A stretch of DNA of 63,123 nt, counting the filler, from Octopus bimaculoides (Eukaryota), in assembly GCF_001194135.2 (NCBI RefSeq). It is 6 parts of 6 records of this genome, joined end to end, with 100 filler letters (N's around TTAATTAATTAA, not from the genome) between each part and the next. Parts side by side here need not be neighbours in the genome. Positions count along the whole stretch, not along the records: positions 26,682 to 55,526 come from NC_068984.1; positions 55,627 to 58,350 come from NW_026353611.1; positions 58,451 to 61,875 come from NC_068985.1; positions 61,976 to 63,123 come from NW_026320409.1; 2 more parts are not named here. One strand, given 5' to 3'. The notes under the pieces are model-generated. The model did not search any database. It saw nothing but the letters and a program-made list of their open reading frames with translations, and was not told the DNA's origin. Positions 50,218 through 63,123 of this stretch are shown piece by piece. Position 1 is the first letter of the stretch. Every line of letters begins with the position of its first letter. The translations under genes were made by a program, and so were the position numbers.

Positions 50218-51234
50218 GTATGCATGTATGTATGTATGTATGTATGTATGTATGTATGTATGTATGCATGTATGTATGTGTGTATGTATGTATGTATGTA
50301 TGTATGTATGTATGTATGGTTTTTCTTTCAGCTTAATTTAAGTTCTTCCTGAAAGAGTTCAAGTCCGTTGCTAACAAATCGACAAAACTTTTTGAGTTAA
50401 GAATTCCTGATGTTTGTTAATATGTGGTTACATGTATGTATGTATATNNNNNNNNNNNNNNNNNNNNNNNNNNNNNNNNNNNNNNNNNNNNNNNNNNNNN
50501 NNNNNNNNNNNNNNNNNNNNNNNNNNNNNNNNNNNNNNNNNNNNNNNNNNNNNNNNNNNNNNNNNNNNNNNNNNNNNNNNNNNNNNNNNNNNNNNNNNNN
50601 NNNNNNNNNNNNNNNNNNNNNNNNNNNNNNNNNNNNNNNNNNNNNNNNNNNNNNNNNNNNNNNNNNNNNNNNNNNNNNNNNNNNNNNNNNNNNNNNNNNN
50701 NNCTCTCTCTCTCTCTCTCTCATACACACACACACACACAAGCACACAAATACATCAGGGACAACTGGAAAGTTAAAGGATGCGAGACAGAATTGAAGAG
50801 AAATAATGCACATTGGATTTGCATCGTTTTAAAAGAAAATAATAAACAAGAATAATATTATTATGAACGGAAGAACATTTATTTCAAGAACATTGAAAAC
50901 AGAAAATAAAACTGAAGAATTGGTTCAAACATGAAGGATGCCGAGTTGTTGGCGGTATTGGTGGTATAAGAAGTACTTGGCTCGGATGAAATTACTTTGC
51001 AAGCAAGATTATCCTTGTCCGATACCAGATGCGTCCAAATACCAGTCAATACTTTCGTAGAAGAAAAGGAAGAAGAAAAGAAGAAATCAGAGAAAATAAA
51101 AGGTAAAACAGATAAAGAAATAAAAGAACTGAGAAAGAATTAGTAGAAGACTACGAAGGAAAAAATAAAATAAGGTGTAGTGGGGAGAAAAGAGTATAAA
51201 TGAGGATGAGGGAAACAGAGAAAGCAAAAGCGAA

Positions 51235-51276
<42 letters not shown>

Positions 51277-51329
51277 TAGTCTATGTTTTTCTGAGCGTAT
51301 TCTGACGTTTTAATCCGTTATGTCACATG

Positions 51330-52528
51330 ACACAGAACGTATTAAATCTTCAGTGTAATGCGTTTTCTTGACTATTCTTTCGATATTTACTGCCAGAGAT
51401 AGGCCGATTGTTCGTAGGATGAAGGATGTCGGGTTGGTTAGTGGTTTGAAATAGTGCATAGAGTTTAGATGAATGAGAACATCTTTATTGAACCAATCGC
51501 CTTGCAATACAACCTCGATCTCTCTCCTAGTCACCCCTTTCACTTGTCTTCTGCTTATTGAGAATATGTGTGTGGATGCATAGGTGTATATGTGTATGTA
51601 TCTATATGTATATTTGTATGCATGTACACTCATACACGCGCGCGCGCACACACACACACACGCGTGTGCACACATATATACATGTATTTACATTGTTCGT
51701 AGCTGTCTTGGTTACCGAAATCTCTCGGTTTAGAGTAATCAATATAGATCAAGGTCAACGAAGTCGAGCTGACAAGATGTTAGACTTTGCACGATTTGTG
51801 GGTATGTATGTGGCTAAGATTGATTTACTTATATATTTATGTATTTGTTCATCTATTTCATTTAAATTTATTTCCTTTTATCAACAAAGTGCATTTATTT
51901 TAACAAGATGGTGGTTCTGCTGTTGAGTTTGGAATTTGATAGCATAGCTGAACGGCTATGGCTATTGATTTCCTAACACTAATCATGATGCCTCAGGTGA
52001 GGAAGGGAAACGGAATTGGAAGTTGTTATGCTCTTGCTTTTTCAAAAGGTATTAGAGCCGTTAAGGAAGTAGAATGCCTTTAAATTAGAATCTGTAAATA
52101 TGATAGCAGATTTAGTTTGCAGGAAATTCGCTACAGCAGTTAGGCATATTACAGCCACTTCAGACAGAAAGTGAGGTAATCTATAGTTTAGCTGCTGGGG
52201 TGCCTTGATCGCAGTTTAGTTTTGCTATCCTGATTAAAGCCATTTTCATTTCTGTTCCATTAGTAATATCCTGGAGAGAGACTGTTAACCAACATACTTT
52301 TGCAAGAATATTTTATGGATTAGTCGGGAGAAAATGGATAGTGTTCAATACTTGTGTAAGTACATCAGTAACTCGATAACGGAATTCCAGAAGGAGGCAG
52401 AGGATAGTTTGAAAACTCTCGATTCCAAAGCTGTTTTAGGATCCAAGAGTTAAAGCACGACAGATGTAACAAACTAAGAGAGAGAGGGGGGAGGGAGGGA
52501 GAGAGGGGGGAGGGAGAGAGAGGGAAAC

Positions 52529-52563
<35 letters not shown>

Positions 52564-52599
52564 AAGAGGGGGAGGGAGAGAGAGAAAGAGAGAGAGAGG

Positions 52600-52633
<34 letters not shown>

Positions 52634-53700
52634 GAGATAGAGAGAACAGTTTTGGATAGGAATACGTCGAAGAGATATGTAACTAGTTAGTGAGAGGATT
52701 CGAGGTTATTGCAATAGTGAAGATGACGTTGAAAATGTAATTGTATTCTATCTCAATAAAGAACTTACTTTCTGTTCGGTACTTATTGTTATTTGCTGTA
52801 ATCTATTATTTTCTCTTAAGTGATCTAACTCATCTGTGTCTAATTGACAGACAATAATGATTTCTTTCGAAACAGCAACACCTTTGATATTCGTATGACG
52901 GTGATATAGTCAATTAACGTGAGTTACCGTTTATTAAGAAAGGAAATATTACAGACATGTGCAGCTTCCAGATAATAGTAATTATTATGTTTGTAAGTAT
53001 CGCAAGATCGGTTTTTCAGAAGAAATTTTAGCCCAGAACATCTGTACTTGTAACATAAAAGAGATTCGTATTCTTCGTAAACTAAAAAGGAAAACATTTA
53101 TGTGTTTATCAATGTACGAATACAACGACAACGGCGGGGCGATTCAGTAAATCTTTGTCTGAGTAACAGGCAAATTACTGCTTTGACGAAGACAGGACGA
53201 CCGGATTTCTTTTTGAACACTTTTCATTCATTAGTGTTAGTGGGTAACTAGAATGATATTGTAGACGAACACCGCGTTTGCGTGAGACAAGTGCCTAGAA
53301 AGGATAGGACGAAAGCTTTCTTAAATCTGTAACGATATTTTCAACAGTCTGATAGATATGATACTGATTGGATTATTAGCATGCACCAAATTGGATTTGA
53401 ATAAGTTTCTGTTGGTCGCCGAGATCAAACTTAGATTATTTGTCAAGACAGCTGACAGAGATAGCAGAGGTTGTCGACATTTTCGAGTGGTTGATGACAT
53501 AAAACTAAAATGGGAATTTTTGACACGAACTTGTTTACTGGAATCAGAACGCGATATTTGCAGGGTGGAAAGCAAGCAGAGATCTGATTAGTGAGTTTAT
53601 TCTGCGGCGAAGGATTAGGGATTATAAATAGTTGCCAGTAGGTAGATTTGAACATGAACATTTAAACAAGAATCGGTGATGCATGGACAGGAAATTAGGG
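51330..53700 (-). pseudogene. Highly decayed LINE ORF2 (RT, RNase H, C-terminal region; I/Nimb-like)
   Basis: In the correct order on minus: ILVLCHQPLENVDNLCYL (RT, about 53460-53520), LNYRLP...SEVAVICL..V...KSAIIFTDS (RNase H, about 52080-52190), RREIEVVL... (about 51500). Interrupted by microsatellites. Confidence 0.5.
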
Positions 53701-53962
53701 TAGCAAGCCTTATATAGCAGAACGTAATAACAAATTTTGATGGGAATGTCGAAAAAGATATCGCAGCTAAATTAGTAGCATTGAGAGTGTATTTAAACCA
53801 TTATTTTCGAAGCCAAACTCGATGGGTGCATTATTTAATCTAATGCAAGTACGCTAAGGCACAAGCACTGAACATATTCAATGATCTCTATTGGCAGATA
53901 CAAGTAATAGCAATCGAAATACGTTGAAGTCTTTGATTGACAGCGGAAAGCGTATGGCATGC

Positions 53963-54021
<59 letters not shown>

Positions 54022-54029
54022 GTTCAGTA

Positions 54030-54273
54030 GTTTTATTTTTATAACGTGCTTTCACTTCACTACCGAGCGCAGCTCTGTGCGCCTTGGGTATGTGCTGTGG
54101 TTTGATGTGATGCTCTTATGTTTACTGTATTGAAAGTGTTTTGCGTAGTATGTGTGCAGTACCCAGTAGTGCAATTTTCTGTATGTTATTTATTTATTTA
54201 TGTGTTTCAGCCAAGTGGCTGCGGTCATGCTGTAAGTCCTGGTATTTTTGTTATGTATTTGTCTGAATATTTT
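54030..54273 (-). mobile_element. R4/Dong-like 3' end, same subfamily as 16735-17125
   Basis: [13 protein letters not shown] and 3'UTR GTGAAGTGAAAGCACGTTATAAAAATAAAACTACTGAAC followed by (AAT)n. Confidence 0.85.
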
Positions 54274-54520
54274 NNNNNNNNNNNNNNNNNNNNNNNNNNN
54301 NNNNNNNNNNNNNNNNNNNNNNNNNNNNNNNNNNNNNNNNNNNNNNNNNNNNNNNNNNNNNNNNNNNNNNNNNNNNNNNNNNNNNNNNNNNNNNNNNNNN
54401 NNNNNNNNNNNNNNNNNNNNNNNNNNNNNNNNNNNNNNNNNNNNNNNNNNNNNNNNNNNNNNNNNNNNNNNNNNNNNNNNNNNNNNNNNNNNNNNNNNNN
54501 NTTATTATTATTATTATCAT

Positions 54521-54735
54521 TAAGGCGGCGAGCTGGCAGAATCGTTAGCACACCGGGCGAAATGCTTAGCGGTATTTCGTCTGCCGCTACGTTGTCAGCT
54601 CAAATTCCACCGAAGTCAACATTGCCTTTCATTCTTTCGCGGGGTCGATAAATTAAGTCCGAGTTGAACACTGGAGTCAATGTGTCGACTAGTCCCCTCC
54701 CCAAAGTTTCAGGCCTTGTGCCTTTAGTAGAAATG
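54521..54735 (+). mobile_element. Full-length SINE family A
   Basis: TAAGGCGGCGAGCTGGCAGAATCGTTAGCAC...CAAATTCCACCGAAGTCAAC...GGCCTTGTGCCTTTAGTAGAAA. Confidence 0.88.
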
Positions 54736-55460
54736 GTTCTTCTTCTTCTTCTTCTTCTTCTTCTTCTTCTTCTTCTTCTTCTTCTTCTTCTTCTTCTTCT
54801 TCTTCTTCTTCTTCTTCAAACTCATAGTCTATTTTGCTAGGTATGATGGAAAGCGTCAGCTGTCCACAGCCAAAAGACTAAGGTGACACTTGTTTACTGG
54901 TTTCTGTTAAATCTGTCATACATACATGCATGCATGCAAGCCTACATACATACATACACACATATATAAAGATATACATACATACACACATATATAAACA
55001 CATACATACATACATACATACACACATATANNNNNNNNNNTATATAAACACATACATACATACATACATACACACATATATACATACATACATACATACA
55101 TACATACATACATGTGGGTGCGTGTGTGTGCGTAAGTGCATGCGAGCGTGTGTGTTCACACTGGAACAATTAAAATTTGGAAGAGTGATTTTATCCATTT
55201 AAGATCACATTAACTATTCATTTATTTGTTAACCGAATAGCTTCTTTCGAAACGTGAAAAAATATCGTCGCTCTACTGCGATCTGCTAAGTAACACAATT
55301 CAGAAATGTTATGGAACTATGTCAGTTATTCTATATCACTTCACGGTAGACGCTCTTGTTGAAGAAATAAACGGGAAGGGAAAAAAGATGCAGATTTTGA
55401 TGTGTTCTTTAATGACATGTAATTTATTATATATATATATGCCGTCCCCCCAATCACTCA

Positions 55461-55526
<66 letters not shown>

Positions 55527-56190
55527 NNNNNNNNNNNNNNNNNNNNNNNNNNNNNNNNNNNNNNNNNNNNTTAATTAATTAANNNNNNNNNNNNNNNNNN
55601 NNNNNNNNNNNNNNNNNNNNNNNNNNTAAACGATGATGATGATGATGTATGTATGTATGTATGTATGTGTGTGTGTGGACATATGTGTGGGTGCATGTGT
55701 ACCACTCTGTGTCACTCTGTCTCTCTTTGTCTCTGTATATTTATGTGAGTGTATGTGTGTGTATGTATGTGCGTTCATGTGTGTGCGTGTATGTGTGTAT
55801 GTATGTGCGCATGTATGTGTGTGTTGTGTGTGTGTCTGCATGTGTGTGTGTCTATGTGTGTGAGAGGAAGAGAGGAGTGAGATGGAATGTGGGTGCATTG
55901 TTTGAAGGGTGTGGCTGTGTGAATGAGTGAGGGTGGTGGTGGTGGTGTCACTCTGTCTCTCTTTCTCTCTGTATATTTATGTGAGTGTGGGAGTGTATGT
56001 ATGTGCGTTCATGTGTATGCGTGTATGTGTGTATGTATGTGTGCATGTATGTGTGTGTTGTGTGCCATTCTGCTGTGCACTCTCTCTGTATAAATGTGTG
56101 TGTACCTATCTCTGTGTGTCATTCTGTTGCGTGTGTGTGTGGAAGTGTATGTATGTGTGTGTATATGTGTGTGTTGTGTGGGGTTGTGTG

Positions 56191-58302
56191 TAGGGCTGCG
56201 GAGTTGGAGTTGGAGTCGAGACAATTTTTGTGTTTTAGGAGTCAGAGTCGGATTTGGTGAAAATTGGCTAACTCTCAACTCCTCAAAAATATTATGCTGT
56301 TTATTTGATGAAAAATATATAGTTTATTTAATTATGTTTTATAATAGAACATAATCAAATAAACTAAACAACAATAGAAATGTCTGTAAATATATTCAAA
56401 TTAAGAATTAGCTATACACTATAAATTACATTCAGAATTAATAATAATACCAAGATCGCGCAAATTTATCCTTTGTAAAACATGCAAATATAGTGAACTG
56501 CATCACAGCCAACTGTAATAAGTGTAATCTGCAATGAATTTGAGCTGTGAATTGCATCAGTTGTAAACATCACTTTGACTGAGGTAAATGGCTACTTCTG
56601 CACATATTGTATCATCTTTCAAATTCAAAGATGATGCAATATGCGCACAAACAACCTATGAAGTTTACATTTTAAGATTGTTAAATGAAGTGTTTCACTT
56701 GAAAAGAACTAAATTAAGGGAAACTTTTATGCATGTGTTCTTTCACATGTATGTAAAATGTTTCGTAGGATTATGAAAATAAAATTGTAAAAAAGAATGA
56801 AGCATTCAAGGTTTCTGCACAAATTGTTCAACTAGATACTAGATAGTCATATACCACGATAATTTAATTCCGTTTCTTTTGTTTTGACTGTTAAAATTCT
56901 GAAGAAAATCTTTTATTTTCTTTAATATTACTGTGGCTTCTATCTTAACTTTTGTGACAATATATAATATATTAATAAATATTACAGTAATTTAACAATG
57001 CTTACTGTTAAGCACTAATTGTAATTTATGCGGTCAGTGTTTTTCATGTTTGATTTTTTTTTTTTTTTTTTTTTTTTCAGAATTAAATATTGTTTATATT
57101 TTCATTGATGTTGTTGATGTTGACAGTCCCTACAGTATGGAAAGAAAAAACAAATAGCTAAATCTACTAAATCTAGTGTATTTGAACACTTTACTATCAC
57201 TGAAGTTAACAAATATTTTGTGTGTCAATGCATGGTTGATGGTGAAGATAGTGATAATGATGATACTGGAAAACTTTGTAACAGCAAAATAAGTGCTTAT
57301 AGTGATTCTAATAAAATCGCTCCTTCAAGAGCAAGTAATTTGAAAAGACATTTAGTGCGTTTCCATCTAAAAGTCTTAGAAAAAGTAAATGAAAAGGATG
57401 AAACAAGTGCACAAGAAGCAGAGCCAAGTACTTCATCATCAGTTAGTGGAATATCAATTGCAAAGCAAACAAGTGTCACAAGATTCTTTGCTTCTGACAA
57501 TATAACAATAACTATGACTACAGAAACATTTAAGAAGTGTCTTATTGATTTAGTTGTAAAAAATGCCATGCCTCTAAGTTTATTTTCACAGCCAACATTT
57601 CTTCAACTCAGTGGTGAAATAGCTAGAAAGTTTGATGTTTCATTAGATAAGCAAAGTATCAGAAAACTTGTTGTAAATGAAGCAACTGCAAAAAAAGAAG
57701 AATTGCAGAAAACTCTCCAGGGCCGGTACATGTTTCTAAAAATGGATGCAACTACAAGGCATAAAGTAAATTATTTTGCAATAAATTTAAGATTTGTTAA
57801 CGATGACGGTAAGATTGTGACAAAGACACTGGCTGTTAAAGACACCAAAGCAAATCATGATAGTAATGACCATCAGTCCTTGGTAGAAAATGTTATGAAA
57901 GAATATCAAATCCAAAAGAAACAAGTTATCTGCATTGTTACTGATAATGCATCAAATATGATTAAAACTATTGAGAAGTTGAATGCAAATGAAGAAATTG
58001 CTGATGATGAAAGAACTACTGTAAATCTTGAAAAAGAAGAAGTAATAGAACAATCAGAGGATTCGGATAACACACTTGATGTTGCTGTCTCACTTACTGA
58101 ACAGGCTTCAAAATGTTGCCAAATATATCACATGCACTGTGCAGTGCACACCTTACAACTTGCTATAATGGCTGGTTTCAAAGATCCCCATGCAGCAACT
58201 CTGATTGATAAATTAAATCAGGTAGCCATAGCAGCAAGAACACTCAAGATTGATGCTATAATCAGAAGACGTGCAAGAAAAGGAGCTATACTTGATGAAG
58301 CA
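56191..58302 (+). mobile_element. hAT-superfamily DNA transposon, 5' portion
   Basis: Starts TAGGGCTGCGGAGTTGGAGTTGGAGTCG (hAT-like terminus with GGAGTY subterminal repeats). Putative 5'UTR intron 56584-57080 (GAG|GTAAAT...T-run CAG), then the transposase. Confidence 0.8.
57137..58302 (+). pseudogene. hAT transposase with BED zinc finger, truncated by a SINE insertion
   Basis: SSVFEHF...VCQC...CNSKI...SNLKRHLVRFH (BED), FLKMDATT and IVTDNASNM (first two catalytic Asp), HCAVHTLQLAI (CxxH). The ATG at 57137 is out of frame by one base in an A run; the frame is open from 57151. It stops before the expected TRW motif. Confidence 0.9.
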
Positions 58303-58305
58303 CTT

Positions 58306-58350
58306 ATATACTCTTTTACTTGTTTCAGTCATTTGACTGTGGCCATGCTG
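58306..58350 (-). mobile_element. SINE family B tail inserted in the hAT transposase (continues into a gap)
   Basis: TATACTCTTTTACTTGTTTCAGTCATTTGACTGTGGCCATGCTG. Confidence 0.85.
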
Positions 58351-58513
58351 NNNNNNNNNNNNNNNNNNNNNNNNNNNNNNNNNNNNNNNNNNNNTTAATT
58401 AATTAANNNNNNNNNNNNNNNNNNNNNNNNNNNNNNNNNNNNNNNNNNNNTGTGCGTGTGTGTGCAAATATATATATATTTATTTGTATATGTATGTGTG
58501 TCTCTATGTATGC

Positions 58514-58562
<49 letters not shown>

Positions 58563-59100
58563 CACTAAATTACATGTAGCTTTTGAACATAATCGTACGC
58601 CATTCTCAAGACCTACTTAAGAGATGTGTAAGAAGATGAAAAGACATATTAAATGCAAATTGCATCGGATAGCCTGTCTCGATCAATTTTCATTTCAAGT
58701 TAATCAGTATTTGTAAGAATATAAAGAATTAACGTTGTTGGAGTTGTTAATATTGTTCTTTTCGTGCCCGCCGCCGCTGTTGTTGTTGTTGTTGTTGTTG
58801 TTGTTGATATTGTTATTGTAATAGCAGTAGTAGTAGTAGTAGTAGTCGTCGTAGTTGCATCGTTACTGTAGTGGTATATTTTATCATAATACATACATAA
58901 TGCTTTTGATGTCTTTTAGTTATAGCGTTCTTTCAATTTTTCCTTCTGGTTGATGTTTTAAAAATAAAGATTCAGGAAACAGCATCATGAATACCAGTGT
59001 CATTCGTCATGATGATCATCATCACATTAGGCTTGCTGTGATGCTCTTATGGTTACTGTATCATTATCATTATTATCATTATCATCATCATTATTATTAA

Positions 59101-59157
<57 letters not shown>

Positions 59158-60057
59158 GATTATTAGTGTTGTTGTTTTTGTTGATGTTTCTATTATTATT
59201 ATTATTGTTGTAGTTGTTGTTGTCGTTGTTGTTGTTATTATAATTGTAATTNNNNNNNNNNNNNNNNNNNNNNNNNNNNNNNNNNNNNNNNNNNNNNNNN
59301 NNNNNNNNNNNNNNNNNNNNNNNNNNNNNNNNNNNNNNNNNNNNNNNNNNNNNNNNNNNNNNNNNNNNNNNNNNNNNNNNNNNNNNNNNNNNNNNNNNNN
59401 NNNNNNNNNNNNNNNNNNNNNNNNNNNNNNNNNNNNNNNNNNNNNNNNNNNNNNNNNNNNNNNNNNNNNNNNNNNNNNNNNNNNNNNNNNNNNNNNNNNN
59501 NNNNNNNNNNNNNNNNNNNNNNNNNNNNNNNNNNNNNNNNNNNNNNNNNNNNNNNNNNNNNNNNNNNNNNNNNNNNNNNNNNNNNNNNNNNNNNNNNNNN
59601 NNNNNNNNNNNNNNNNNNNNNNNNNNNNNNNNNNNNNNNNNNNNNNNNNNNNNNNNNNNNNNNNNNNNNNNNNNNNNNNNNNNNNNNNNNNNNNNNNNNN
59701 NNNNNNNNNNNNNNNNNNNNNNNNNNNNNNNNNNNNNNNNNNNNNNNNNNNNNNNNNGTGTGTGTTTGTGTGTGTGAAGATGCGTACAAATTTTCTTTAT
59801 TTATTCGTTTGCTCATGTATTTACTTGTTGAACGACATAACGGACAAACTATTTGTTAAATAAGAACTATCCACGTGACAATGTAATTGTTTATTTTAAA
59901 ATTTATTCCAAAATAACCCAGGGAACTATAATTTTTTCACCAGCAGCAGCTAGTTTGATAGCTGCTAGCACACAAAACTTTTGGGTCCTCCGTCACTCTG
60001 TTGCGTCTGCAAAACCTATCTATCTATCTATCTATCTATTTATCTATCTATCAGTCT

Positions 60058-60133
<76 letters not shown>

Positions 60134-60724
60134 GCTATACACATATATGAATGATACACATACGCACATATACATGTATATATATTTATATATATATATG
60201 TGTGTGTGTGTATAAATTAAAAGTGACAAGTGACAAAGAGTAAAGGCAGAAAATTAAAAAGCTAGAGTTACAGAGAAATGGATAGTTAAATGCTCAACAT
60301 TTATAATGATCATATATTAGACTAAGCTATTAGCGAGAACATTCCTGCTAATGAAAATAAGAAATGACTTACAAAGGCAGAAAACTGACATAAAATAGTA
60401 TAAAATATGGAACAAAGACCTAATGTTTACGAATTAACTTCCTCTGCACTTATACTGTGCAACAGAGCCAATTATATTTCTTTTTGTTGATTAGGGATAA
60501 CCATCAACGTGTGATCAAATCTAATTATAATTATGCCAGTGTTTTACTCACCCTGCAACAGTTTTCTAGTTTGCTGCTCGGCTGCAATACCTTTCCAATT
60601 CGTTTATTCTTTCTACTCTGTCACTATCTGCCGTCGCTTACTCCTGGGTGGTGTTTGTCGACGATACTAATGTTTGTTTGAGCAAATGTTGGCGATGTTA
60701 TTGTTTTTAGCTTCACATTTTGTT

Positions 60725-60960
60725 GGTTAATGTGTAAGACTCATGATCATATGATTGTGGTTTCGATTCTTGAACCGGGCGAAGCGTTGTTGCTCTTGAG
60801 CGTTGGTCTCCTTCATTTCAAGTTGCTATAAGTCTACTCAACTGGCAAAAATTAGTAATCTTGGGACAAACGGGCGTCCCGTCCAAGCTGGGGAACATAT
60901 GAACCACAGAAACCAGTCATGTGTGTCTATATGAAGCTGGAAGAATCTTTATCCGATGTA
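60725..60960 (+). mobile_element. Degenerate SINE family D copy
   Basis: GGTTAATGTGTAAGACTCATGATC...GGTTTCGATTCTTGAACCGGGCGAAGCGTTG...CCCGTCCAAGCTGGGGAACATA. Confidence 0.65.
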
Positions 60961-61039
60961 TGTTTCTTCTGTATTTAATCATTTAAATTCTTCCTCTGAA
61001 GAAGTAACTAGTTTCTAATAAAGATACAAATCTCCATCT

Positions 61040-61330
61040 TTGAAGTGTAGATAGCGAAATCAAACTCACAGTTTAAACCTGGGAAAAGTTTTGCATAGTT
61101 TTACCGCTCCGCTTACAGATTGTATTTGTAATGTGCAAATCAGTGGGTTTATTTCTTCTTCTGAAAATCTAAGTTTATCCAGACTGACAGGTGGCTACTT
61201 ACAAAACCAAATGCTTCAATTATTATTGGTATAAATATAAATTTGTAATCTGAATATAGAAGCTAGAGGTTTCGAAGCAATTGTCCATAGTTATCTTCTT
61301 TTTGATCTTCAAATACATTGAGATCAGCTT
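61040..61330 (-). pseudogene. RLE-type non-LTR retrotransposon C-terminus
   Basis: QKEDNYGQLLRNL*LLYSDYKFIFIPIIIEAFGFV...LQIQSVSGAVKLCKTF. Confidence 0.65.
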
Positions 61331-61419
61331 ACCTCTATGATGATACAAAATTTTCTTCTCTGTCTGTCTGTCTGTCTGTCTGTCTATTTATATGTGGCAC
61401 CTACCGAACAGAAACCTTT

Positions 61420-61790
61420 ATCATGTCAAGTTAATCGTGTAGAATATTCTCAATTCTCTCACTGGATATGCTAATAGCATTGGTTATTTGATTTATAGTT
61501 AACCACTTGTGGCGAAAGCGATCAATGTTTTCCTCAATGGTGGCCATTCCAGGACGTTAAATACTTGAGTCATCATCAAGACTCTCCATTCACCTCTTTA
61601 ATTCAGCTACCCACTTTTACACTGTTGATAAAACTGCAGCATCATCCGCTAATGTAGCAACGATGTCTGTATGAATGCCATCGAAAGCTAAAGTATTTTT
61701 CTGCTAGTACTTGATAACACCACGTTGTCAGATTTTGTCCATTTTTCAAGAGAGAAGTCACTACTAATTAGTTTTGATGTCGTTCAAAGA
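61420..61790 (-). pseudogene. Mariner transposase N-terminal (HTH) remnant
   Basis: RGVIKY...IHTDIVATLADDAAVLSTV*KWVAELKR*MESLDDD...TIEENID...LTINQITNAISISSERIENILH. Confidence 0.85.
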
Positions 61791-61830
61791 CTGTCAGATG
61801 ACAATTCAATCTATCTCTCTCTATGAATGA

Positions 61831-61875
<45 letters not shown>

Positions 61876-62657
61876 NNNNNNNNNNNNNNNNNNNNNNNNN
61901 NNNNNNNNNNNNNNNNNNNTTAATTAATTAANNNNNNNNNNNNNNNNNNNNNNNNNNNNNNNNNNNNNNNNNNNNCACACACAAATACACATTCGCACAC
62001 ATACACGTACATCCATACTTACAAATATACACGTATTTAGACATAAATATACACATATGCACACATATATTTGTATGTATTATACAGAAATACATACATA
62101 CACATATAGGCACCGCATGCATACATGCACCCGCACACACATGTGTATACAGAATGGGGAGTAGGGAGAAGTGATATAATTAATTCCTATGACAAGGATC
62201 GAGCATTAGTTTAACAATAAGTCCACAGCAGTGGACGACATGGGTAGGTGAGGGTAGTTTTGTAATGGAGGGTAGAGAGAGAGAGAGAGGGGTGTCTGTG
62301 TTGGTGGCGGTGTGAGGAGAGAGATAGAGTAAGGGAGAAGGAGGTGGGAAATGGAGAGAGATAAGGTGTTGCTGAGGACAGTGAACTTTTGCGGTGAAGG
62401 CTGAACTAGTAATAGGTCGGATGACAAATGAGGAATATGGAGACGGAGAGAGAGAGAGATAGATAGATAGTGATAGAGAGAAAGAGAGAGGTATGAGTGG
62501 CTTCGAAGGTTTAGAGACGAGAAGATGGCGTTTAGTTTAGTATTTAGAAATTATATTTTGTTTTTAGAAATGGCCGAGTATGGTCGATGTGAGATTATAA
62601 CGGAGAATCACAGATAATGGTAGTGACAGGAATAGAAACGATAACAATAACAGAGTA

Positions 62658-62694
<37 letters not shown>

Positions 62695-62856
62695 GTATGT
62701 ATGTATGTATGTATATATATAACTGTTTGAATATGTATGTTTGTGTGTGTATGCTCGTGAAAATATATGTATATATATATATACATATTCATAGACACAA
62801 GTTCTAAAATAGTATGAATGTATACACATTCTATTTTAGAATTTGTGTTTATGAAT

Positions 62857-62980
<124 letters not shown>

Positions 62981-63123
62981 GTGTGTGTTTGTGTGTTTTT
63001 ATATATGTGTGTATGCGTGTATTTATGTATGTATATGCCTTTACGCTCACATGCCTCTCGTATATAAACATATGATTTAAAACTGAAAACTAGCTAATAT
63101 TATACATCCACACACACACACAC

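Overview
AT-rich eukaryotic draft-assembly DNA with many microsatellites and N gaps. The SINE families, repeat landscape and NNN-TTAATTAATTAA-NNN gap spacers point to a coleoid cephalopod, probably Octopus (inference, no database search). Most listed ORFs are microsatellite or N-gap artefacts. The best-supported gene is a three-exon minus-strand gene (18931-18845, 12773-12491, 11379-10961) for a 262-aa secreted protein: signal peptide, a cysteine-spaced domain resembling the C-terminal half of AA15 LPMOs but without the copper histidine brace, a Thr/Ser linker, and two tandem 33-aa six-cysteine modules. A SINE next to exon 2 duplicated its 5' splice site as a target-site duplication, and an inverted copy of the same SINE lies on the other side of the exon. 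The rest is mostly transposon debris: tRNA-derived SINEs, R4/Dong-like, RTE and I/Nimb-like LINE remnants, mariner and hAT remnants, a TTAA piggyBac-type MITE, foldback palindromes, and a Helentron-type non-autonomous element enclosing a LINE ORF1 relic. Several isolated exon-like segments may belong to other genes but could not be identified. No CRISPR array, rRNA or true tRNA gene was seen.
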